A stretch of DNA of 64,000 nucleotides from Fibrobacteria bacterium. GTDB lineage: Bacteria > Fibrobacterota > Fibrobacteria > UBA11236. Positions 1 to 7,740 of this stretch are shown piece by piece. The number at the start of each line of letters is the position of its first letter. The stretch's first letter is position 1. The stretch covers positions 9,272 through 73,271 of the forward strand of contig JBJHDK010000004.1 of assembly GCA_050486505.1 (NCBI GenBank), in the 5' to 3' direction. Under the pieces are notes generated by a model. The model had not been told where the DNA came from. It made no database searches and worked only from the letters and a program-made list of their open reading frames with translations. Position numbers and translations under genes: made by a program.

Positions 1-455
1 AACGGATCCACGAACAGATACTGGGCGATCGAGTGGATGCCTCCGAAGCCTTCCTTGGTCACCGGCTGCGTCTCAAGGCGCGAGGCGGCGTAGTACACCG
101 GCGGAATCAACACCAGCCCGACCCCGGCGAGCAGGAGCAACCAGGTCACCGTCCCCTTGCGGGAGGGGCCCTCGAAGCCGGCCCCCTCGGGCACCTCGCC
201 CTCGTGCGGGGCGGGGTTGATCATCATGATCACGAAGGTGAACAGCATGAGGATCGCGCCGGCGTAGACCAGGATTTGCAGGATGCCCGCGAACGAGGCC
301 TGCAACATGATGTAGATGAGGCTGACGGGCAAAAAGGACAGAATGAGGAGCAAGGTCGCCCGCACCGGGTTTTTCGCGAAAACAACGCTGAGGGAGAAGC
401 CGAGCACCGCCACCACGGCAACGGCGAACAGGGTATCGATCAGGATTGGCGGCAC
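1..455 (-). CDS. nuoJ: NADH-quinone oxidoreductase subunit J (5' part; runs off the window edge)
   Basis: Hand translation from GTG at 455: MPPILIDTLFAVAVVAVLGFSLSVVFAKNPVRATLLLILSFLPVSLIYIMLQASFAGILQILVYAGAILMLFTFVIMM. Contains the NuoJ NPV and QILVYAGAI motifs. Missing from the ORF track because no stop lies in the window. Confidence 0.9.
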   Translation of the reverse strand, partial: MPPILIDTLFAVAVVAVLGFSLSVVFAKNPVRATLLLILSFLPVSLIYIMLQASFAGILQILVYAGAILMLFTFVIMMINPAPHEGEVPEGAGFEGPSRKGTVTWLLLLAGVGLVLIPPVYYAASRLETQPVTKEGFGGIHSIAQYLFVDP

Positions 456-600
456 TGATTTCCCGGCGTTGAAACGGGCCCTCGAAAGCGGGTTCCGACG
501 GCGATTTTTGCCCGAATTGACGGGCGGTATGTAGCAAAAAGGGGGGGGGAAATAAAGGAAGGATTCGGGGGGATCCCCCGGAAGCCGCTCTTTGTCGGGG

Positions 601-1062
601 TCAGGAGCGCGGTCGCATCGCCTCGTACGCGGCCACGGCGACCGCGTTCGACAGGTTCAGGGACCGCCCTTCGGGATTCCGCTTCGGAATCGTCACAAGC
701 CGGTCGGCGTAACGGCGGTGCATTTCCCGCGGAAGCCCCGCGGTCTCGCGCCCGAAGACGAGGTACACCGGATCCGGGTACTCCGCCTCCCAAAAGGATC
801 GCTCCGTATGCGCGGTGAAGAACCACCCCGAGGCCGCAATGCCAGGATGCTTCGCCGCGAAGCCATCCCAATCAGGGTGGATCTCGACCTGGGCCGCGAA
901 ACGGTCCCAATAGTCGATCCCTGCCCTGCGCAGGGAGGCGTCATCCAGCGAGAACCCCAACGGTTCGATCAAGTGAAGCCGCAGGTTGTTGAGAAAGCAC
1001 AGCCGGATGATGTTGCCGGTGTTCGCCGGAATCTCGGGCTGGTAGAGGACGATGTGAATCAC
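601..1062 (-). CDS. trmL: tRNA (cytidine/uridine-34 2'-O)-methyltransferase, SpoU family
   Basis: Motifs IVLYQPEIPANTGNIIRLC, RRAGIDYW, FGRETAGLP and RSLNLSNAVA. Confidence 0.92.
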   Translation of the reverse strand: MIHIVLYQPEIPANTGNIIRLCFLNNLRLHLIEPLGFSLDDASLRRAGIDYWDRFAAQVEIHPDWDGFAAKHPGIAASGWFFTAHTERSFWEAEYPDPVYLVFGRETAGLPREMHRRYADRLVTIPKRNPEGRSLNLSNAVAVAAYEAMRPRS

Positions 1063-1478
1063 CCCCGCAACATCCGCCCCAACGACAGGTTGCCGCCGCC
1101 GCCGATCAAAAGGGCCGTGAAGCCGATGGCGAAAAGTGCGCCCATTTCGCTGCGCCCGAAGAAGTCCGCGCCCGTGGCGACGAAGACCACCACGGCCATC
1201 GTGAAGAGGATGGGAATCGATGCCAGGCGCGTGAAGATGCCGAGCACGACAAGCGCCGCGCAGAAGACTTCGGCAAATACGACGAGCGCGAGGCTGAGGG
1301 GAGAGCCGAGGCCGAAGGGGTCATGGAACGTGGCGGCCCGCTCGGAGAAGCTCATCAGTTTAGGGACCCCGTGCCCGAAGAGCATGAAGAAGCCCATGCC
1401 GATGCGGAGAACGAAGAGGCCCCAGCCTGCGGAGCCGGACGCGGAGGAGTCGGAGGCGAGGGTGCGGAGGAGTTTCAT
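1059..1478 (-). CDS. DoxX family membrane protein
   Basis: 139 aa with four hydrophobic segments; LRIGMG..HGVPKL, AE...LVVLGIFTRLA and GGGNLSL are typical of DoxX. Confidence 0.85.
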   Translation of the reverse strand: MKLLRTLASDSSASGSAGWGLFVLRIGMGFFMLFGHGVPKLMSFSERAATFHDPFGLGSPLSLALVVFAEVFCAALVVLGIFTRLASIPILFTMAVVVFVATGADFFGRSEMGALFAIGFTALLIGGGGNLSLGRMLRG

Positions 1479-1490
1479 AATGCGGTGAAT

Positions 1491-1922
1491 CTACACACTC
1501 GAAACCACCCGAAACCCTTCGCGCATCGCTGCGACGGAAAGACGTTTGTCCAGGCAGATGAAATCGAATGCCGCCGGGTACCCTTCGCAAGCAACAAGCG
1601 CGGCGGCAAGTTGAAACGCGTCTCCCGCACGAAGCTCATGCACCCTTAGCAGGCGTTGTGCCTTGATGCGCACTTCCTCGGTCGCGCCGACTTCTGCCCA
1701 ATGATTGGCGATACCGTCGAGAATTTCCAGGGCCACGACACTCTGATCGATCCGCAGTTTCTGCTCCAGCCTCTCGAGCCTCGAAATCGCGGAGACGCAT
1801 TCAACCTTCGTGCCCCACCAAACCGTCATCAGCGGGTCGGATTTAACGACCTCCTCAACTGCAGTGGACGCAGGTTGGTCCACAAGCAGCGGAACGATGG
1901 CGGAGCTGTCCCAGAATTTCAT
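1491..1922 (-). CDS. vapC: PIN-domain VapC-family toxin
   Basis: MKFWDSSAIVPLL start, conserved E, LRAGDAFQLAAAL and CLDKRL acidic PIN motifs. Overlaps the upstream antitoxin by ATGA. Confidence 0.88.
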   Translation of the reverse strand: MKFWDSSAIVPLLVDQPASTAVEEVVKSDPLMTVWWGTKVECVSAISRLERLEQKLRIDQSVVALEILDGIANHWAEVGATEEVRIKAQRLLRVHELRAGDAFQLAAALVACEGYPAAFDFICLDKRLSVAAMREGFRVVSSV

Positions 1923-2230
1923 CGGGATTCCTCACGCTCATCGAGAAGCGCCCTCAGGATATCGCCACCGGGAAGTGGTTTGGCCCGCGGCATCTTCATC
2001 CAGCCCAAGTCCAGCGGCTTGTCCGCCACCCGGATCACACCCGCCTTCTCGAGACGATAAAGCCGTCCCTCATCGTCGGGGCTCATTCCGGGCCGGGCGG
2101 GACGCGCGGCGGATTCAAGGCGGGCGACGGGCACGCCGCGATCGGTAATGATGACGGTTTCCCCGTTTTTCGCCAATTCGATGTAATGGCTCAGCCGGTT
2201 CTTTGTGTCGGAGATTGTAGCCTGAATCAT
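1919..2230 (-). CDS. Phd/YefM-family antitoxin
   Basis: From ATG 2230: MIQATISDTKNRLSHYIELAKNGETVIITDRGVPVARL (Phd fold). Coupled to the PIN gene. Confidence 0.88.
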   Translation of the reverse strand: MIQATISDTKNRLSHYIELAKNGETVIITDRGVPVARLESAARPARPGMSPDDEGRLYRLEKAGVIRVADKPLDLGWMKMPRAKPLPGGDILRALLDEREESR

Positions 2231-2325
2231 CTGGCCAAAATAGCCTTTTCGATACCCTGACGCAAGCGGTTTCCGGACGAACATCACGATCCCGGCCCGG
2301 GCGCAGCCTCGACTCCCTGCACCCC

Positions 2326-2354
2326 AAAAGAAAAGGGCGACCTCACGGCCACCC
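2326..2354 (-). terminator. Rho-independent terminator after nuoI
   Basis: Minus strand GGGTGGCC-GTGA-GGTCGCCC followed by TTTTCTTTT. Confidence 0.7.
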
Positions 2355-2382
2355 CCCATCATTCCCCTGGCTTCGTCAACAA

Positions 2383-2955
2383 CTAGTTGTTGAGAAGTTT
2401 CTCCCGATCATAGATGAACTCCTGCCGGGTCTGGTACACTTTCGGCACCTTGTTGGTCATCTCGATGGCTTCCTTGGGGCAGGCCTCCACGCAGTAGCCG
2501 CAGTAGATGCACTTCAGCATGTCGATCTCGAACACGCGCGGAATCTTGTCGCGACCTTCCCACTCGGGCGGCGCAGCCTCGGCCTCGATGGTGATGCAAT
2601 GCGCGGGGCAGGCGGTGGCGCACATGTAACAGGCCACGCACTTCATGTGTCCTTCGTCGTCCTTCGTCAGGCGATGCTCCCCGCGGAAGCGCTCGCTCAC
2701 GCGCGGCTTCTCCTCGGGGTAGTTGAAGGTCACCGGCTTGCGGAAGAACTCGCGGAGCGAAATGAGCATGCCCTTCGCGATCATCGGCAGGTAGATGCGC
2801 GTGATCCACGACATCTTTTCGGTCACCTTGCGCGCGGCCGAAGGAGCGGGAACCTGTTCCGCAGGCTCGCCGCCGTTCAGGATGACGGGGGGTTCCTTGA
2901 CATCCATTCCCTGCCAGGGGTTCCGGGGCGTCTGAGAAGAAGCACTACCGGACAT
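2383..2955 (-). CDS. nuoI: NADH-quinone oxidoreductase subunit I
   Basis: YPEEKP, RFRGEH, and two 4Fe-4S motifs CVACYMCATACP and CIYCGYCVEACP. Confidence 0.95.
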   Translation of the reverse strand: MSGSASSQTPRNPWQGMDVKEPPVILNGGEPAEQVPAPSAARKVTEKMSWITRIYLPMIAKGMLISLREFFRKPVTFNYPEEKPRVSERFRGEHRLTKDDEGHMKCVACYMCATACPAHCITIEAEAAPPEWEGRDKIPRVFEIDMLKCIYCGYCVEACPKEAIEMTNKVPKVYQTRQEFIYDREKLLNN

Positions 2956-4018
2956 ACCAGCCTCCGAACTCCATTGCCAGCGCGACGAAGAGAATGTTGA
3001 CCAAGGCGATGGGGATGAGCTTCGTCCAGCCGAGCTTCATCAACTGATCCCAACGGAAGCGCGGAAGCGTCCAGCGCACCCACATGAAGAAGAAGACCAT
3101 GGCCACGACCTTCGCGAGGAAGATGCCGAAGCTCGCGATGCCCGCGACATACCAAGGGAAGGCCTCGAGCCAGCCGAGCCACGCTTCGGGAAGCGTCCAC
3201 CCGCCGAGGAAGAGCGTGACCATCACCGCGCACATGGCCCACAACGCGGCATACTCGCCCAGCATGAACCACGCGTAGCGCATGCCGGTGTATTCGGTGA
3301 AGTAGCCGCCCACGATCTCCTGCTCGGCTTCAGGCAGATCGAAGGGCGCGCGGTTGGTTTCGGCGAAGGCCGCGATGAGAAAGAGGATGAAGGTCAGGGG
3401 GTTCAGGAACAGGTTCCACGCGGGGAGGACGCTGCCCTGTTGTTGCTGCACGATCTCCGCGAGATTGAGCGTGCCTGTGGTCATGATCAGCGCGATCACC
3501 GAAAGCAACATCACGATCTCGTAGCTGATCAGCTGCGCCGAGGAACGGATGCCGCCGAGAAGACTGTACTGGTTGTTCGATGCCCAGCCTCCGAACGCAA
3601 GGCCGTAGGAAGCGACGGAGGAAATCGCCATCACCACGAGCAAGCCCATCTGCACGTAACTCACCGCCAGCACGCCGTCGGGTCCGAGGAAGCCCGCGCC
3701 CGGGGCCTGCCCCACGGGAATGAGCGCGAAGGCGATCACGCCGGGCAGAAAGGTCATCAGCGGCGCGGCGAGGAAGAGCACGCGGTCGGTGTTGCGCGGG
3801 AAGAAGTCTTCCTTCCACATCAGCTTGAGCGCGTCGGCGGCGGCCTGCAGCAGGCCGAAGGGGCCCACGCGATTCGGGCCGAGGCGACGCTGGATCCGCG
3901 CCGAGATCTTGCGCTCCATCCACACCAGCATGGGCACGGCGCTCAGGACGATGCCGATGGCGACCAGCATCTTGATCACCGCGATGGCGAGGGGGTGTTG
4001 CAGGGTGGCGGCGATCAT
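2945..4018 (-). CDS. nuoH: NADH-quinone oxidoreductase subunit H
   Basis: ERKISARIQRRLGPNRVGPFG, AETNRAPFDLPEAEQE and RWTLPRFRWDQLM. Confidence 0.96.
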   Translation of the reverse strand: MIAATLQHPLAIAVIKMLVAIGIVLSAVPMLVWMERKISARIQRRLGPNRVGPFGLLQAAADALKLMWKEDFFPRNTDRVLFLAAPLMTFLPGVIAFALIPVGQAPGAGFLGPDGVLAVSYVQMGLLVVMAISSVASYGLAFGGWASNNQYSLLGGIRSSAQLISYEIVMLLSVIALIMTTGTLNLAEIVQQQQGSVLPAWNLFLNPLTFILFLIAAFAETNRAPFDLPEAEQEIVGGYFTEYTGMRYAWFMLGEYAALWAMCAVMVTLFLGGWTLPEAWLGWLEAFPWYVAGIASFGIFLAKVVAMVFFFMWVRWTLPRFRWDQLMKLGWTKLIPIALVNILFVALAMEFGGWYVR

Positions 4019-5490
4019 GCCGGAGTTCCCTGTTGGGGCGAATAATTATTCGCCCTTACATCACCCCGCAACGCCGCCACGATCTCCGTTTCGGGCATCC
4101 CGAAGGTCACCGGTTCCATGACGGGTTCGAAGGTCTGGGCGACGCCGGTGCGGTTGACGAAGGTTCCGGCCTTCTCGAACGTGGTCAACGTGGGCAGAGC
4201 CACGGCCACATTCCCGTAGCGCAGCAGCTCGCCCGATGCGAAGTCGAGAAGCACCACGTTTTCGCTGCGGTCGAGCACGGACTTGAGTTCCGGCGTGAGC
4301 ACGAAGCCGGGGATGTTGTGCACCAGCAACAAGGTGCCGATGCGTCCGGTCTCGGCGGCCAGCGCTCGCAGGGACGCGGCGGGATCGTCGATGCCCAAGA
4401 TTTGTTTCAGGCCCGCGGTGTTGGGGTTCTTGTCGCCGCTGATGGTGAAACCGGGGAAGACCTGGTCGGCGACGACGGGGTTGCCGTACCCGAAGAGACG
4501 GGCATGGGGGGCTGCTTCGGAAAGCACTTCCTTCAGGGACGTCATGGCCTCGTTGGTGTTCCACGCGGAGATCAACGCCACCGTGTCGGGGGCCGCGAGC
4601 AGGTCGAGCGCGGCACGGCGCGCTTCGCGCCAGGTCGCGTCGCGGCCCTGCACCTTGGGTTTGCCCAGCCGGTCGACATGCGCGTAGCCGAAGGAGAGAC
4701 GGCCGCTGTCGCACATCCATTCCTTGTTGACCGCGTCGTTGCGGCGGGGAACGATGCGCTTGATACGGTCCTTCGCATCCATGTCGACGCGCGTGTTGCA
4801 ACCGACCGAGCAGTCGGCGCACACGGAAGGGTTCGAGTGCAGGTTCCACACGCGCGACTGGAACAGAAAGTCCGAGGAGACGAGCGCGCCCACGGGACAG
4901 ATGTCCACGGTGTTCATCGACAGGGGATTGTCGAGGACCCGGCCCGGGAAGGTCGCGATCTCGCTGCGGTCGCCGCGATAGATGACGCCCAGTTCTCCGG
5001 TCCCCGAAACCTCGTCGGTGAAGCGCACGCAGCGGGTGCACACGATGCAGCGGGAACCCCAATACTTGACATGCGGGCCCATGGTGGCTTTCGACTTGCG
5101 CACCTTCTCTTCGCGGAAGCGCCCGTGGTCGCGGCCGTGCTCCACGCTGTAATCCTGCAGCTTGCACTCGCCCGACTGATCGCATTCGGGGCAGTCGAGC
5201 GGATGGTTGATGAGAAGGAACTCCATCACGCCCTTGCGCGCCTCCACGGCATCGGGAGCCATGGTGGAAACCTCCATGCCCTCGGCGACGGGGGTGGCGC
5301 AACCCACCACCGGGCGCGGCATGCCCTTCACGTTGACCATGCAGATGCGGCAGTTGCCGGCGATGCTCAAATCGGGGTGGTAGCAGTAGTGGGGAATGTC
5401 GACGTCGTTGGCGTGCGCCGCGCGGATCACGGTCCAGTCCGCGGGAACGGTGACGTCCTTGCCGTCGATTTTGAGGGAGACTTGTTTCAT
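4015..5490 (-). CDS. nuoG: NADH-quinone oxidoreductase subunit G (short form, 491 aa)
   Basis: IPHYCYHP..GNCRIC (N1b), HPLDCPECDQSGEC (N5), CIVCTRCVRF..CPVGAL (N4) and CADCSVGC..C (N7). Start taken at MKQVSLK. Confidence 0.92.
   Translation of the reverse strand: MKQVSLKIDGKDVTVPADWTVIRAAHANDVDIPHYCYHPDLSIAGNCRICMVNVKGMPRPVVGCATPVAEGMEVSTMAPDAVEARKGVMEFLLINHPLDCPECDQSGECKLQDYSVEHGRDHGRFREEKVRKSKATMGPHVKYWGSRCIVCTRCVRFTDEVSGTGELGVIYRGDRSEIATFPGRVLDNPLSMNTVDICPVGALVSSDFLFQSRVWNLHSNPSVCADCSVGCNTRVDMDAKDRIKRIVPRRNDAVNKEWMCDSGRLSFGYAHVDRLGKPKVQGRDATWREARRAALDLLAAPDTVALISAWNTNEAMTSLKEVLSEAAPHARLFGYGNPVVADQVFPGFTISGDKNPNTAGLKQILGIDDPAASLRALAAETGRIGTLLLVHNIPGFVLTPELKSVLDRSENVVLLDFASGELLRYGNVAVALPTLTTFEKAGTFVNRTGVAQTFEPVMEPVTFGMPETEIVAALRGDVRANNYSPQQGTPA
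4032..4059 (-). repeat. GTA(A/G)-type REP-like palindrome inside the nuoG 3' end
   Basis: Perfect 20-bp palindrome GGGCGAATAATTATTCGCCC at 4036-4055, preceded by GTAA on the minus strand. Confidence 0.7.
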
Positions 5491-5508
5491 CTCGGTGTAG
5501 ACCCATTC

Positions 5509-5622
5509 GGACATTGGACAGTGGACAATGGACAATGGACAATGGAAGTCCGTATCGCGAACCCGCCGTAGCCCGCAACGGGTTGCCCTCTATTCCCCAT
5601 TGTCCACTGCCCACTGTCCATT
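5509..5622. repeat. Inverted arrays of heptamer tandem repeats (GGACADT x5 versus AHTSYCC-like x4) between nuoF and nuoG
   Basis: 5509-5543 reads ggacatt ggacagt ggacaat ggacaat ggacaat; 5592-5619 reads attcccc attgtcc actgccc actgtcc. Confidence 0.8.
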
Positions 5623-5623
5623 C

Positions 5624-7012
5624 TCATTTCCTCTCCCCCATTCCCACGCCCATCACGCTGGGGGCGCCGTTGCGGGCGGCGTCGCGCTTGGCGGCGGGGG
5701 TGATCTCGTCACGGGCGGTGCGTTCCCGCATCTTGCTCGCGCCGAGCGAAGTCGAGGCGTCGAACTCGCCGCGGAAATGCTGCAGGTAGCTTTGCATGGG
5801 CATGGCGGCGGCATCGGCAAGCACGCAGATGGTGCGGCCGCGCATGTTCTTGGCCACCTCGCCGAGCAGGTCGGCGTCACCGGCGCGCGCATGGTTCTCG
5901 TGGAAGCGGTGCGCCAGTTTCTCGAGCCAGCCGGTGCCCTCGCGGCACGGGGTGCATTGGCCGCACGACTCGTGGTGGTAGAAGCGCATGGTGTTGTACG
6001 CCGCCGACATCAGGTCGACGCCGTCGTGCAGCACCGTGATCCCCCCGGATCCCAGCATGGAACCCAAAGACGCGAGGCTTTCGTAGTCGAGCGTGCATTG
6101 CTCCACCATGTCGGGCGTGAGCAGCGGCGCGGAGAGCCCCCCGGGGATGACGGCCTTCAGGGAGCGCCCCTCGACAAGGCCTCCGCCGTACTGGTCGATG
6201 AAGTCGCGCATGCGAATGCCGAGCGGAACCTCGTACACCCCCGGCTTGCGCACCGCGCCCGAGAGGCAGAAGATCTTGAAGCCCGGGCTCTTTTCCGTGC
6301 CCCACTGGCGGTGCCAGGCGGCGCCGTGCTCGAGGATATGCTTCACCGTGGCGATGGTCTCGACGTTGTTGACGATGGTCGGGCAACCGAAAAGCCCCGA
6401 AACGGCGGGGAAGGGCGGCTTGATCTTGGGATACCCGCGCCCGCCCTCGATCGAGGAGAGCATGCCGGTCTCTTCGCCGCAGATGTAGGCGCCCGCGCCG
6501 CGCACCACGGTGACGGTGAGGTCGAAGTTCGTGCCGAAGATGCCCTTGCCGAGAATTCCCTTCGCCTTCGCCTCGCGCACCGCGGCTTCGAGCCGTTGGT
6601 ATCCGAGGACGAACTCGCCGCGCAGGTAGACGAAGGCCTGGTGGCTCTGGATGGCCCAGCAGGTGAGCAGGATGCCCTCGAGCAACTGGTGCGGATCCTT
6701 CTCGATGATGTGGCGGTCCTTGAAGGTCCCCGGCTCGCTCTCGTCGCCGTTGACGGCGAGGTAGGCGGGCTTGCCCGTACCCTTGGCGAGGAAGCCCCAC
6801 TTCATTCCCGTGGGAAAGCCCGCGCCGCCGCGGCCGCGCAGGCCCGACTCCTTGACGATGGCGACAAGCGATTCCGGATCTGCTTGGCCCACCAGTTTGC
6901 GGGCGGTCTCGTAGCCGCCGCGCGCCGTGTAATGCTCTAGGGTGTGGGAACCTTCCTCGTGGACATGCTTGAGGAGGATCGGGGAAAACGGAGTCGCGGA
7001 AGTGGCGGTCAT
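5624..7012 (-). CDS. nuoF: NADH-quinone oxidoreductase subunit F
   Basis: SGLRGRGGAGFPTGMKW, NGDESEPGTFKDR, GAGAYICGEET and ESCGQCTPCREG. True start MTATSAT at 7012 overlaps the nuoE stop. Confidence 0.96.
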   Translation of the reverse strand: MTATSATPFSPILLKHVHEEGSHTLEHYTARGGYETARKLVGQADPESLVAIVKESGLRGRGGAGFPTGMKWGFLAKGTGKPAYLAVNGDESEPGTFKDRHIIEKDPHQLLEGILLTCWAIQSHQAFVYLRGEFVLGYQRLEAAVREAKAKGILGKGIFGTNFDLTVTVVRGAGAYICGEETGMLSSIEGGRGYPKIKPPFPAVSGLFGCPTIVNNVETIATVKHILEHGAAWHRQWGTEKSPGFKIFCLSGAVRKPGVYEVPLGIRMRDFIDQYGGGLVEGRSLKAVIPGGLSAPLLTPDMVEQCTLDYESLASLGSMLGSGGITVLHDGVDLMSAAYNTMRFYHHESCGQCTPCREGTGWLEKLAHRFHENHARAGDADLLGEVAKNMRGRTICVLADAAAMPMQSYLQHFRGEFDASTSLGASKMRERTARDEITPAAKRDAARNGAPSVMGVGMGERK

Positions 7013-7740
7013 GCGTTCCCCCGTTCGACGGGATCGGAGACCGGCGCAGTCAGGGGCGTCTTCAACGGCGGTGGAACGACCGTCGTGCGCGGCGCGGTTC
7101 CCGGAGCCAGATAGGGATCTTTGTCGTCGAAGCGGCGTGCGCCGGTTTGCGTTTCGCCCTCGAAGTTGTAGTGGTTCGGCAGCACCGACACGCGCAGGTC
7201 CATGGCGAGGCCCGGCTTGCCCTGATAGTCGGCGACAGATTTGCCCTCGGCCTTGAGAAGCGAGTCGATGTAGTTGTCGAGCACGACACCCTTCATGGAG
7301 CAGAAGTGCTCGGAGTCCTTTTGCACCACGGGCGGCTTGTCGCAGTCGGCAAGGCACTCGACCTTCTCGCAGGAGAACAGGCCGTCCGCGGTGCGCTCGC
7401 CGGGGCCGATGCCGATCCGCGCGCGGATCTGCCGCAGGGCCTGCGCGGTGTTGCCGTCGAGCGCGCACATCAGCGTGGCGCACACCATGAAACGGTGCTT
7501 GCCGTGCGCGGGGCGCTTGAAGTGGGTGTAGAAGGTGACCATGCCCTGCACGTGGGCGACGCTGACACCGCACAGTTCCGCGGCGATGAGCATGCCGTCG
7601 TCGTCGATGCAGCCGAACTCCTCCTCGACGAGGCGGAGCACCATCATGAGCATGGAGCGCTTGTTGGGGTACTCGTCGACCCAGTCGTGGAATTGCTTCA
7701 TCCCCTCGGGGGAGAGGGTTTTCTTCGTGTCGGCACTCAT
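7009..7740 (-). CDS. nuoE: NADH-quinone oxidoreductase subunit E with C-terminal extension
   Basis: VTFYTHF plus VCATLMC and ECLADCD 2Fe-2S ligands. Lies between nuoD and nuoF. Confidence 0.92.
   Translation of the reverse strand: MSADTKKTLSPEGMKQFHDWVDEYPNKRSMLMMVLRLVEEEFGCIDDDGMLIAAELCGVSVAHVQGMVTFYTHFKRPAHGKHRFMVCATLMCALDGNTAQALRQIRARIGIGPGERTADGLFSCEKVECLADCDKPPVVQKDSEHFCSMKGVVLDNYIDSLLKAEGKSVADYQGKPGLAMDLRVSVLPNHYNFEGETQTGARRFDDKDPYLAPGTAPRTTVVPPPLKTPLTAPVSDPVERGNA

Noticed and set aside
563..586. Short G-run/C-run hairpins after stop codons (also near 11635, 40603, 44494, 62888) as a distinct mobile family
   Set aside because: Too short and low-complexity to separate from ordinary terminator or stability hairpins.
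1491..2362. Prophage or IS carrying the toxin-antitoxin pair
   Set aside because: No integrase, transposase, terminal inverted repeats or target duplication was seen.
5509..5622. CRISPR array or a real NuoG N-terminal extension (MSIVHCPMS)
   Set aside because: The units are 7 nt with no spacers, and the ORF extension is just the translated repeat.
7013..7573. Apparent long N-terminal extensions or fusions in the ORF track (nuoF 649 aa; also nuoB, nuoD, parA, nusB, dapA, atpB, RmlD-like)
   Set aside because: These are open frames overlapping the upstream genes; the true starts are downstream and mostly coupled to the preceding stop codons.
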